From Pyrobaculum aerophilum str. IM2 (GTDB taxonomy: Archaea; Thermoproteota; Thermoprotei; Thermoproteales; Thermoproteaceae), in the NCBI RefSeq assembly GCF_000007225.1, contig NC_003364.1, forward strand, positions 2,190,001 to 2,222,000: a stretch of DNA of 32,000 nt, in the 5' to 3' direction. The position numbers were made by a program, and so were the translations under genes. Each line of letters opens with the position of its first letter. The stretch's first letter is position 1. Positions 1-8,082 of the stretch are shown piece by piece. Below the pieces are notes generated by a model. That model saw only the letters and a program-made list of their open reading frames with translations, was not told where the DNA came from and did not search any database.

Positions 1-452
1 TCATCGCGAAAAACGCCATACAGCCCCACTTCGGGAGAATAGGCCTTGAGCTTATAGACGTGAGGTTTGAGGGACTGGACGTGACAGACCCTGTTTGGAG
101 AGACAGGCTGTTTTACATCAGAGCCACCGGCGTAAACCCCGCCGAGTATTTACGCATGGAGACTGTGCAAAAAGCGGCGGCGGAGCTGGGGAAAAGCCCC
201 GGCGCCGCGGCTGGGACCGGAATTGTTTTAATCCCGCCGTTGCTCTGGCCGCAACAACAGCCGCAGCCAAGCGCACAGCCTCAACAGCAACAAGGCGGCG
301 TGGTGTGCCCTCAATGCGGCTATGTAAACCCGCCGGGGGCCAAGTTCTGTATAAATTGCGGTTATATGCTGGGGAAGAAGTGCCCCCAGTGCGGCCACGT
401 CAACCCACCTGACGCGAAGTTCTGTATGAACTGCGGGGCTAAATTGCCGTGA
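1..452 (+). CDS. SPFH/band-7-like protein, C-terminal part ending in a double zinc ribbon (5' end outside window)
   Basis: The frame of listed ORF 60..452 has no stop back to nt 3, so the CDS probably starts left of the window. '..GRIGLELIDVRFEGLDVTDP' resembles the last strands of an SPFH domain (family call from memory: SPFH plus C-terminal Zn ribbon, COG4260-type). A Q/P-rich linker follows. There are two CPQCG...KFCxNCG zinc-ribbon units. Confidence 0.55.
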   Translation, partial: IAKNAIQPHFGRIGLELIDVRFEGLDVTDPVWRDRLFYIRATGVNPAEYLRMETVQKAAAELGKSPGAAAGTGIVLIPPLLWPQQQPQPSAQPQQQQGGVVCPQCGYVNPPGAKFCINCGYMLGKKCPQCGHVNPPDAKFCMNCGAKLP

Positions 453-745
453 CGCCGGGGGAGACAGCCGCCGCAATAGCCGCCTTGGCTGTTGGGATTT
501 ATTTAATTCTGGCGTCCGCGGGGCTGGTGCAAATAGCAATTAATCAGTTAATAGGCTTGGCAGTTGGCGCATTCGGCGTGGCGTATATCGCGGCGGGCAG
601 GACGAGGGAGTCGGCCTTTTGGGGCGGCGTGTTGGCCATACTGGGAGTTGCGATGGCCGCAGGCTGGGGAGCCTCCCCGTTGTTTGTAGTCGGCGTAGTC
701 CTCGTCTTCATTTCCCTTTTCGCCCTATTGGCAAGTAGGCGGTAA
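449..745 (+). CDS. small integral membrane protein (about 3 TM segments)
   Basis: GTG start overlaps the upstream stop (GTGA at 449-452), suggesting translational coupling. The 98-aa product is almost entirely hydrophobic and Gly/Ala-rich. Confidence 0.55.
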   Translation: MTPGETAAAIAALAVGIYLILASAGLVQIAINQLIGLAVGAFGVAYIAAGRTRESAFWGGVLAILGVAMAAGWGASPLFVVGVVLVFISLFALLASRR

Positions 746-774
746 GGCTAATTAGGTCGGGCTATTCCCCCTCC

Positions 775-1695
775 ATGCCTCTATATTTGGCCGTTGGAGG
801 GGGCGGAGACGTTGTGATGGCCGCGGCACTGGCGGGGGAGGAGGCCGTGGGGCAGATACCCTGGGAGAGGTACGTGGTTGACCCAGAGCCCGGCCCCGTG
901 CCTCCTCCCTCGTTGCGGGAGGTGTTAGATCTGGGAAATGGGCTTTATTTGGCGACGCCCAGGAGCTTCGCGGAGAGAGGGGGGAGGCTTTTTAAAACCC
1001 AGGGCATGTGCGTTGCTGAGGCGTTGCAAAAATCCGTCTACTTGGTGGATCCGTACAGAAGGCCTAGCGAATTGGCGAAGGCGCTTGTCCGTTTTGATAA
1101 AATTATTGGCGTTGACGTTGGCGGCGACGTCTTGGGGGTTGGGTGTGAGGAGTCTCTAAGGAGCCCGCTGGCAGACGCCTACGGACTCGCCGTCTTGGCT
1201 AAGGCGAGTGAACTCGGCGTGGAGGCCGAGCTGTGGGTGATGTCGCCTGGGGCAGATGGCGAGTTAAGCCTAGAGTACTTAATTCGCAGAGTCGCAGAGG
1301 CGGCGAGGGAGGGCGGCCTACTGGGGACTGTGGGGCTTGACAGTAAGCAAGTTGAAGTTTTGGAAAAACTAGTAAAGCGCTGTGTGACTGAGGCCTCCGC
1401 CGTTGCCGTGAGGGCCTTCAAGGGGGAGTACGGCCCGGCCCACATACGGGGAGGCGCCAGGCTCGTGGAAATAGGGGCTTGCGCGTTGATCGGCTTTAAA
1501 TTCAGCCCAAAGGCCCTCTTAAAGTTAAACAAAGCGGCGCGTTTAATTTACGAAAGCGACGCGCCTATTGACAAGGCGGCTGACTTGCTTATAGAAAACG
1601 GAATTCCCACAGAGCTCCATTTAGAGCAGTTATTGGCTAAGGGCCTCGACATATACGCGGCCTTAGAGGAGTTGAAAAAGAAGAAGAGTTGTTAG
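775..1695 (+). CDS. conserved hypothetical protein with N-terminal GGGGD motif (DUF1152-like, recalled from memory)
   Basis: 306-aa ORF with normal composition. A/T box ctaattagg (747-755) lies about 24 nt upstream of the ATG. 'LAVGGGGDVVMAA' N-terminus. Confidence 0.6.
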   Translation: MPLYLAVGGGGDVVMAAALAGEEAVGQIPWERYVVDPEPGPVPPPSLREVLDLGNGLYLATPRSFAERGGRLFKTQGMCVAEALQKSVYLVDPYRRPSELAKALVRFDKIIGVDVGGDVLGVGCEESLRSPLADAYGLAVLAKASELGVEAELWVMSPGADGELSLEYLIRRVAEAAREGGLLGTVGLDSKQVEVLEKLVKRCVTEASAVAVRAFKGEYGPAHIRGGARLVEIGACALIGFKFSPKALLKLNKAARLIYESDAPIDKAADLLIENGIPTELHLEQLLAKGLDIYAALEELKKKKSC

Positions 1696-2483
1696 GCGCT
1701 TGCCCTTTGGGCCGCCTTTGCCTCCGTGAGTAATAGCTTGTAACGAGTGGAGTTATAGGCGCTTATAGACACGGCCGAGGAGTCGACGATGAGTTTAATT
1801 GTGAGCACTTGGCCGTATAAAGTGACGTTGAGGTAAACATTCGCTGAGGTCGTGAGGGGGACTCCGCCAGCTTCACAGACAACAGCTGTGAAGACCCCGG
1901 TGCCATTGACGGAGAGATCGCTTAGTATTTGAGAGAGGGTCTCTGGGCTTATTCTCCCCCTCTCCTCATAGAGAGTCCCCGCCTGTCCCAAGTGGCTACA
2001 ACTGCCCTTTTCCGCCCGGGAATCTCCCTTGAGGTTGAGAAAAGAGGTGTAATTAGCAGGGCCCGACTCAGCTTGGCACTGTCCAGAGGCGCAAGTGACC
2101 ACGTACACAGTCCTCCCCTCCGTGGCGGCTTTGTAAGTAATCTCGACGGGGCCTTGGGGCGGTATGTTTAAAACCAGCTTCCCAAAACTATAATTGCCGT
2201 ACTCCCCCACGCCCTCGACCGTCCACCCGCTCATTTTTAACGCAATGTCGCCTATATATACAGTAATGACGTGGGAGTAGTTAATTTCATAGCTTTTAAT
2301 CGCAGGTGTTTCCGCGGCCGTCGGCATGGCAGTGCTTGTATTTAAAACGGCTGGGGGTTTCGTCTCAGCGGGCGAGGGAGTGGGAGGAGGCGGAGGGGGC
2401 TGTGCTTGATTGCCAGCCGTGATTACGAAGTAGGCGAGCGCGCCTGCAATGAGGATTAATAAGGCGATCACTCCTTTTTTCAT
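1692..2483 (-). CDS. N-terminally anchored extracellular protein with Pro-rich stalk and multiple N-glycosylation sequons
   Basis: MKKGVIALLILIAGALAYFVI signal/anchor, then a PPPPPPTPSP linker. Sequons NTS, NYS, NYT, NGT, NVT, NST. TATA-like atttaaac (minus sense) about 24 nt upstream of ATG 2483. Confidence 0.65.
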   Translation of the reverse strand: MKKGVIALLILIAGALAYFVITAGNQAQPPPPPPTPSPAETKPPAVLNTSTAMPTAAETPAIKSYEINYSHVITVYIGDIALKMSGWTVEGVGEYGNYSFGKLVLNIPPQGPVEITYKAATEGRTVYVVTCASGQCQAESGPANYTSFLNLKGDSRAEKGSCSHLGQAGTLYEERGRISPETLSQILSDLSVNGTGVFTAVVCEAGGVPLTTSANVYLNVTLYGQVLTIKLIVDSSAVSISAYNSTRYKLLLTEAKAAQRASA

Positions 2484-2512
2484 ATGGCATTGCTTTTCGA
2501 TGTTTAAATCAG

Positions 2513-3355
2513 TTACAGTTTGTACTGCGCCTCGTATCTCCCCGTCCGCGACGCGGCGAATGCCAAAAGCCTCACCGCTGCGCCGAGACCCGCCAAGGCC
2601 CCTCCCAATGCCCCGATTTGTGGGTAGAGCCCTAGGTAGTGCGCCGTCAACGCCCCAACAGCCGCCGTGGCGAGTAGAGAGCCTGCGGCGAGTCCCAAGC
2701 CCCCAGCGCGGCCGCGCCGGGAAATGGGGTATTCCATATAGAACACAGACCCCTCAGCGGCGTCTACCACAGCCTTGTAGTTGCGACCCCGGTAGAGGTA
2801 GGAGAGATTCCACAGGGGGTAGTAGACAATACCTTCAAAACTCCACCTCACAGTAACTTTAGTCTTGAAGACAGAGGCGTAGGCGTGGGCCTCCTCCAAT
2901 ACGTCGTTGAGACTGCGGAACGCCTCCTCTGGGCTTAAATCCGGCGAGTGAAACACGCCTATTCTCTCCAGCGACGGCTTAAACGGCGCTCTCCACCTGG
3001 CGGGGAAGACGTAGTTTCTAGGCAGTTTCACGGGCGGGTTAGACATAGCCAGAGCCGAGGCGTACGTCTCCAGCTCTTCCAGAGGCTGGAAGGTAATGTG
3101 GTAAAGGTACAGGGGGAGGAAGTGGAGGTCGGCCCCAGAGGGAGACGCTTGGGGCAAGTCCTCTGGGGAGCCAAAGGGGCGGAAATTAAGCGCTTTTTTA
3201 AACGCCGTGGTCTTGTCCACAGAGGGCTTGAAGATGTACACGTTTTCAAAAGTCCTGCCCTCTGAGATCACAGTGCCGCAGTAGGGACATACGTAAAACC
3301 CCCTCCCCGGCGGCGCCTCGTACTTTGCGCCGCAGAAGGGGCACTGGATAATCAT
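2513..3355 (-). CDS. zinc-ribbon membrane protein, paralog B (N-terminal CxxC..CxxC, C-terminal Gly-rich TM pair)
   Basis: Start moved from 3625 to the internal ATG at 3355, which forms an ATGA overlap with the stop of the upstream gene. The product begins MIIQCPFCG..YVCPYCG. It shares blocks with 3352..4353. The 90 upstream codons of the track ORF are Cys/Arg/Gly junk overlapping that gene. Confidence 0.7.
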   Translation of the reverse strand: MIIQCPFCGAKYEAPPGRGFYVCPYCGTVISEGRTFENVYIFKPSVDKTTAFKKALNFRPFGSPEDLPQASPSGADLHFLPLYLYHITFQPLEELETYASALAMSNPPVKLPRNYVFPARWRAPFKPSLERIGVFHSPDLSPEEAFRSLNDVLEEAHAYASVFKTKVTVRWSFEGIVYYPLWNLSYLYRGRNYKAVVDAAEGSVFYMEYPISRRGRAGGLGLAAGSLLATAAVGALTAHYLGLYPQIGALGGALAGLGAAVRLLAFAASRTGRYEAQYKL

Positions 3356-4353
3356 GCCTCCACTCTCCTGGGCTTGAGCAAATTGCCTGCCAGCGCATAA
3401 GTCACAATGCCCCCCAAGGCGGTGGCAACCCCGCCGGCAATTAAATCGTACATTAAAGCGGTGGACAGAAGGCCTCCAAGCCCCCCGCCTATTAAAGCAA
3501 TGGCGGCCATGACAAGCGCCTTGTTCTCGGGAAAAGAGGGCTCCTCCGCCAATACCACAGCCCCGTCCCACCCCGCCACGTAGTAGTTGTAGTAAGAGCC
3601 TCTGTATAAATACGGGACAACCCACATGGGGAGGTACGTGAGTGGCGAAGCCTCCAGCCTCTCCACTACGTAGTCCACGGCCTTGTCTTGCACATAGGCG
3701 GTTGCGGTGAAAACGCCCACGGCCTCTCTGGCCTTTTCAGAGGCGTCGCTGTCCACTTTTGCCAGCAGGCGCGGCACCACTGCCCTCACCGCCTTTGCCT
3801 TAGCCCTCTCAGGGGTCAACTCGCCGGCTAGAAAGGAAGTTGAGACCGAGGGGCTTGTGGCCACTTCAGAGAGGGGTTTCGGCTCCGGCGCCGTCTTGAA
3901 GAAGTGATCTACGAGTTTGTCCACGGAGAGGCCCCAGGCGGCCCTCCGGGAAATTACGGCCACTACGTCTGCGTAGTTCACCGAGCCCGACACTCTAACC
4001 ACCTTAGTCACAGTCCTCATTTGGGGTTGCCCCCTTACGTACACCGTGCGGGTATACGTCACCGCCACAGTGGCGTCGTAATACGCCCTAAGCCTAACGT
4101 CGATAAAATAAAAGGGCAGGTACACGAGGTCGGCGCTGGCGAAGTTTATCTCCGAGAGCCTCCTGCCCAAGTTGAAATCCCGCCGAGTCCTATCCACTGC
4201 CTTTCTTAATATTTCAGAGCTTGAAAGCGTGGGGACGGCGAGGATTTTAGAGGGATTGCCCGCTATAAAATTAGGAGCCCCGCAGTATTTACACACGACT
4301 ACAACAGACTCCGGTGTAACGTCCAGCGGCGCGCCGCAGTAAGAACACTTCAC
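3352..4353 (-). CDS. zinc-ribbon membrane protein, paralog A
   Basis: GTG start at 4353 with cttatttata (rc of 4371-4380) about 22 nt upstream. MKCSYCG..VCKYCG ribbon, a central soluble region, and a C-terminal GGGLGG / AGGVATALGG TM hairpin. Confidence 0.75.
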   Translation of the reverse strand: MKCSYCGAPLDVTPESVVVVCKYCGAPNFIAGNPSKILAVPTLSSSEILRKAVDRTRRDFNLGRRLSEINFASADLVYLPFYFIDVRLRAYYDATVAVTYTRTVYVRGQPQMRTVTKVVRVSGSVNYADVVAVISRRAAWGLSVDKLVDHFFKTAPEPKPLSEVATSPSVSTSFLAGELTPERAKAKAVRAVVPRLLAKVDSDASEKAREAVGVFTATAYVQDKAVDYVVERLEASPLTYLPMWVVPYLYRGSYYNYYVAGWDGAVVLAEEPSFPENKALVMAAIALIGGGLGGLLSTALMYDLIAGGVATALGGIVTYALAGNLLKPRRVEA

Positions 4354-4504
4354 AAAAAGAGTAAAGGATGTATAAATAAGTGGCGCGGCGAGACTGGGGA
4401 AAGGGGCTGTATCTTTTCCAACACAACTGGCTGGCGGGGGTTAGGTATTCGCCGGCAAAGCGGCGTTGAGAACTATTTTAAATATAAGTGTTGCAGGCGG
4501 GGCG

Positions 4505-5452
4505 GTGTATGAAATAGAGATGTTTAAGTGGATTAGGGAGAAAAACGGCGTATACGACTTGGCCAGCAGTGGAGTTTTGAAATTAGAAGCTCCCCAAGCG
4601 GAGGCACCGCCGCTGGAGGAGGTTTTAATAGAGCTGTACGACATCCCCCGGCAAAACCTGGCCATCGTCTCGGGGGCCCAAGAGGGTAATTTCCTCGCCT
4701 TTCTCGCAGTTAAGCCGGAGTACGCAGTTATTACAGTGCCGGAGTATGAGCCAATTATTAAGCTCCCGTCTAGCCTGGGGGTTAGGCATGTGAAAGTCTG
4801 GGACGTGTGGGAGGCACCCATTAAGCCGGGGGGCGTGTTGATATTCTCTAATCCCAACAACCCCACGGGCCGCTACTTAGAGAAGAGGGAGTTGGCCGAG
4901 CTGGCAGACGAGGCTAGGAGGAAGGGGGCCTACTTAATTATTGACATAATTTTCTCTGACTTTGTCACAGACGACTTGAGGGGATTTCCGTTGGAGAACG
5001 TGGCGTACAGTCACAGCACGGACAAGTTCTACACTCACGACTTGAGAGCAGGGTGGGTATTCGGCGACGAGGAAATAGTGAGGCGGGTCAAATATCTAAA
5101 GGATCTGGCAAACCCGGGCCCCCGCGAGGCGGAGAGAAAAGCGGCGGCCGCCTTGTTGTCGAGAAGGGCTGAGGTGAAGAGGAGGAATTTGTCCATTATC
5201 AAGCCCAACGCCACTGCGCTGTTAACGCGCTTCCCCAACGCCTTGTATAAGCCTCACATGCCAATTGCGCTTATTCCCACTGGCTGTAACGATGCGAAAC
5301 TCGCCGAGAGGTTGCTGGCGATGGGGGTAAAGACCGTGCCGGGCCGCCTCTTCCAAGCCCCCTATTCTATTAGAGTGGGCCTCGGCGTAGAGGAGCCCCC
5401 CAGGTTTAGAGAGGCTTTGGAGATTTTAGCCCAGGGCTGGTGCCGAGCCTAA
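4505..5452 (+). CDS. class I/II PLP-dependent aminotransferase/decarboxylase (HisC/CobD-like)
   Basis: 'LIFSNPNNPTGRYL' motif and 'SHSTDKFYTHDLRAGW' (PLP-Lys region). TATA ttttaaatata (4476-4486) is about 24 nt upstream of in-frame GTG 4505. The ATG at 4520 and the TTG at 4466 (track) are alternative starts. Confidence 0.8.
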   Translation: MYEIEMFKWIREKNGVYDLASSGVLKLEAPQAEAPPLEEVLIELYDIPRQNLAIVSGAQEGNFLAFLAVKPEYAVITVPEYEPIIKLPSSLGVRHVKVWDVWEAPIKPGGVLIFSNPNNPTGRYLEKRELAELADEARRKGAYLIIDIIFSDFVTDDLRGFPLENVAYSHSTDKFYTHDLRAGWVFGDEEIVRRVKYLKDLANPGPREAERKAAAALLSRRAEVKRRNLSIIKPNATALLTRFPNALYKPHMPIALIPTGCNDAKLAERLLAMGVKTVPGRLFQAPYSIRVGLGVEEPPRFREALEILAQGWCRA

Positions 5453-6302
5453 GCCTGAGTTTACACACCGCGCAGATCACGCCGCTTGACGGCTCGCCGC
5501 AGATTTCACAACGCCTCACCTCGCCGTGTGTAGAGCGGCCGTATTTAAGGTTAAAGTCCACTATCCCTCCCAGCAGTTTTAAATCGAAGTCCGGATCTCT
5601 CCTCCGGGCGGCGTAGATCATTTCGTAAACCTCGGCGTGTGCCGCGCCGCACAAGCCGTATTCGCAACAGACTTCGCTGAAGGGAAGCCCCAGGCTCCGG
5701 CAGAGCTCTTCGTTTTCCTCCGGCCTGGCGAATATTAAAGGCCTAATGCGCGTGAGAATAAGCCCCTGCCCGTCGAGTCTCGGCAATATTTTGAAGTTCC
5801 ACTCGAAATGCCTGCCGGCCAAGTTCTTAAAATAATAGGCTAAAAAGTCGTGGGCGTGGTGCCCAGTGGCCACTTTCGTGGCGCCCAGCTCCCTCGGCAC
5901 TTTGTTTAAAAGATACCGCTTCACGGCGCCGCAGACTGAGCATATAGGCCTCCCAGTGGCCCTCGCGGCAGCCTCAATGTCGAGGTAGTCCTTGGCGTGG
6001 ACTACGTGAAGCGAAACGCCCAGGCGGTTCGCCAGCGTCTTTACCGCCTCCTCTACTCTGTCTGAAGTTTTAAAGCCGAGGTTTATATGCAACGCCTTCA
6101 CCTCTGCGTCGATTTTGGCTGAGTCGACATATTCTTTTAACAAGGCAAGCGCGGCGCAACTGTCCTTCCCCCCTGATACAGCGACATATATTACGTCTCC
6201 CATTTCCACAAGCCTATACCGCCGAATAGTTGAAAACACCCTCTTCCTATATCTGTCTAAATCAACTGGGAATGGCCTCTTTATCCTTACCTGAACACTC
6301 AC
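5406..6302 (-). CDS. PP-loop ATPase, tRNA 2-thiolation enzyme (TtuA/TtcA/NcsA family)
   Basis: 'VAVSGGKDS' PP-loop, 'CSVCGAVKR' Fe-S/Zn Cys motif, and a C-terminal CEICG..CAVC finger. GTG start at 6302. The 3' end overlaps the convergent gene by 47 nt. Confidence 0.8.
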   Translation of the reverse strand: MSVQVRIKRPFPVDLDRYRKRVFSTIRRYRLVEMGDVIYVAVSGGKDSCAALALLKEYVDSAKIDAEVKALHINLGFKTSDRVEEAVKTLANRLGVSLHVVHAKDYLDIEAAARATGRPICSVCGAVKRYLLNKVPRELGATKVATGHHAHDFLAYYFKNLAGRHFEWNFKILPRLDGQGLILTRIRPLIFARPEENEELCRSLGLPFSEVCCEYGLCGAAHAEVYEMIYAARRRDPDFDLKLLGGIVDFNLKYGRSTHGEVRRCEICGEPSSGVICAVCKLRLRLGTSPGLKSPKPL

Positions 6303-6322
6303 GGCGCTGTGGCTGTGTAACC

Positions 6323-6330
6323 ATTTAAAT
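6323..6330. promoter_or_regulatory. palindromic TATA-like element ATTTAAAT shared by divergent genes
   Basis: It is the only A/T box in the 46-nt spacer. Its centre is about 24 nt from GTG 6302 (minus) and about 22 nt from GTG 6349 (plus). Confidence 0.5.
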
Positions 6331-6348
6331 CTTCATCCTCTACCCGCT

Positions 6349-6990
6349 GTGAACGACGTGTATAAGTGCCCCGTCTGCGGCCAACTCACTGAAAGCCCCA
6401 CGCACTGCGGCGTCTCTGCTGTTAAGATTTTGGACGGGGCCATGAGGCTGAAAATCTCTAAGCTCCTCTCTCTGGCGTTGCGCCACAGCCCCTCAGTCCT
6501 CGGGCTCAGCCTCGACAAGGGCGGCTGGGCCGATGTAAAGACGGCATTAGAGGGGCTGAGGAAGGCGGGGATTAGGGCAGATTACGAGGCTTTATACGCA
6601 GTAGTGGCCCTCGACGAGAAAGGGCGCTTCGAGTTAAAAGACGGCAAAATCAGGGCGCGCTACGGCCACACAATCGACGTTGAAGTGGAATACGAAGCCG
6701 ACTCTGAGTCTAAGGTTTTGTACCACGGCACCTCCAGACACCTCTTGCCCTCAATAATGGCCCAGGGGCTCCTCCCCATGAGGAGGCGATACGTACACCT
6801 GTCCCCCGACTTCGCCACGGCTTGTCAAAACGCCAGGAGAAGGCCTCTGCCGGTGGTGATTGAAATTGACGCCGAGTGTCTGAGGGCCAGGGGGTATGTG
6901 GTGTACGCGGCCAGCGGAAAGGTGAGGCTGGCCAAGCACGTCCCGCCCGAGTGTTTAAAAAAGGTCGTGGATTGCCCTACTCCTTCTTAG
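6349..6990 (+). CDS. kptA: RNA 2'-phosphotransferase (Tpt1/KptA) with 31-aa N-terminal mini zinc ribbon
   Basis: 'ISKLLSLALRHSPSVLGLSLDKGGWADV', 'RARYGHTI', 'LYHGTS' and 'VHLS' are hallmark KptA blocks. The N-terminal extension contains YKCPVCG..THCG. Confidence 0.85.
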   Translation: MNDVYKCPVCGQLTESPTHCGVSAVKILDGAMRLKISKLLSLALRHSPSVLGLSLDKGGWADVKTALEGLRKAGIRADYEALYAVVALDEKGRFELKDGKIRARYGHTIDVEVEYEADSESKVLYHGTSRHLLPSIMAQGLLPMRRRYVHLSPDFATACQNARRRPLPVVIEIDAECLRARGYVVYAASGKVRLAKHVPPECLKKVVDCPTPS

Positions 6991-7260
6991 AGCCTCCGGC
7001 CTCCCCGGCTATTTGCCCCGACCTGTCCCCCCTCGGGCAATACCTCCCTCCTAACCTCGGGGTCCACGGCTTTTATATCTCTTAGTGTAGTTAAGTCGGC
7101 CATCCGCTTTGCTATTAACTGCCTCGGGAGCCACCTGGCCGTGGGCAAACGTGCCCACTTAAAAGAAACTCGCCAGGTGCTAAACGCAGACGCCCGGAAC
7201 TAATAAATTTGAGGCGGTACCGAGTCATGTGCTCATACTCTTAAACCTAACGGCACCCCG

Positions 7261-8082
7261 TTGCTGATCCTCTTGTTGCCAGCCGCCATAGTGGGAAATT
7301 ACTCCCTCCCAGCCCCGCCGGCGTCAGACGTCGCGGCTTTGACTCCAAGCGGGACGCCGCTTCCCACGTGGGTTATAAACGGCACTTTGTATGTACTGCA
7401 GGGGGGAGACTCTGCAATTGCTATGTACGTCCCCCGTTTTGAAAACGCCAGCGGGGTTTACACAATAACTCTACGAGGAGGCCGAGTGGTGGTACAGGCG
7501 CCGCCGGGGGTTATGATAGAGGACATCTCCCCAAGGCCCGAGAGAGTAGTAGTGAACAAGACAGGCCTCTATCTCTATTTAACCGGCGATGTAAAAGTCA
7601 CTTACTACTTCTTTACAGTAACAGTCACGCCGCCGCGCCCGCCGCCTTCTCCCACGACCCCGCCGCCGACATCTCCGCCCACAACGGCAACGCCCACTCC
7701 CTCTCCGTCTCCGCCGCCTACTGCCACTCCGACCCAGCCGCAGTCGCCCACTGTTGCGACGCCCAGCGCCTCGCCGCAACAGGGACAAGCCCTAGGGACT
7801 GAGTTGTTAATTGCCGCCGCGCTAGTCGCGGCGATTACAGCCGTTCTGCTGTTGAGGAAAAGGGGCAGGGGCAACTGTGCCGATTTAAACGAGACTGATC
7901 AAGCAATTATCAAAGCGCTAATTGACAGGGGAGGCGTCGCCGACAGGTCGGACCTCCAAGAGGCGCTGGGCCTCCCGAAAACCACTCTCCACAGACATTT
8001 ACACAAACTGGCCAAGTACGGCTATATAAAGTTGGAGCAGTTAGGCGGCAGGCAGAGAGTAGAGCTACTCAGGAAGTGCTAA
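7261..8082 (+). CDS. bitopic membrane protein: extracellular domain, P/T-rich stalk, TM, cytoplasmic winged helix-turn-helix
   Basis: TTG start with a signal-like MLILLLPAAIVG. About 55 aa of P/T/S-rich low complexity. TM LLIAAALVAAITAVLLL followed by RKRGRG. C-terminal 'ETDQAIIKALIDRGG..RSDLQEALGLPKTTLHRHLHKLAKYGYI' (MarR/ArsR-like wHTH). Confidence 0.65.
   Translation: MLILLLPAAIVGNYSLPAPPASDVAALTPSGTPLPTWVINGTLYVLQGGDSAIAMYVPRFENASGVYTITLRGGRVVVQAPPGVMIEDISPRPERVVVNKTGLYLYLTGDVKVTYYFFTVTVTPPRPPPSPTTPPPTSPPTTATPTPSPSPPPTATPTQPQSPTVATPSASPQQGQALGTELLIAAALVAAITAVLLLRKRGRGNCADLNETDQAIIKALIDRGGVADRSDLQEALGLPKTTLHRHLHKLAKYGYIKLEQLGGRQRVELLRKC

Noticed and set aside
3356-3625. The 90-codon N-terminal extension of track ORF 2513..3625
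   Set aside because: It lies entirely inside the 3' end of gene 3352..4353 in another frame and has Cys/Arg/Gly-rich composition. The internal ATG forms an ATGA coupling and opens directly with the zinc ribbon, as in the paralog.
5406-5452. Convergent 3'-end overlaps of coding regions (5406-5452, 17901-17929, 31672-31750, 13335-13338, 1692-1695)
   Set aside because: These are real, but they are expected in a compact hyperthermophile genome. On its own the pattern is not evidence of a special mechanism.
6987-7103. 38-codon minus-strand ORF (MADLTTLRDIKAVDPEVRREVLPEGG..) downstream of kptA
   Set aside because: It is too short, has no TATA-like box at -22 to -25, and has a low-complexity C-terminus. 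It cannot be supported from sequence alone.
7141-7158. Perfect 7-bp hairpin gtgggca-aacg-tgcccac in the kptA/7261 intergenic region
   Set aside because: It is an isolated structure about 150 nt past the kptA stop, it is not followed by a T-run on either strand, and it has no second copy in the window. No function can be assigned.
7579-7874. ORFs 7579..7788(-) and 7605..7874(-), antisense to the P/T-rich stalk of 7261..8082
   Set aside because: Their products are Arg- or Gly-homopolymer-like. They are mirror images of the CCGCCG-rich linker and show no promoter spacing. They are artefacts of low-complexity GC-rich coding sequence.
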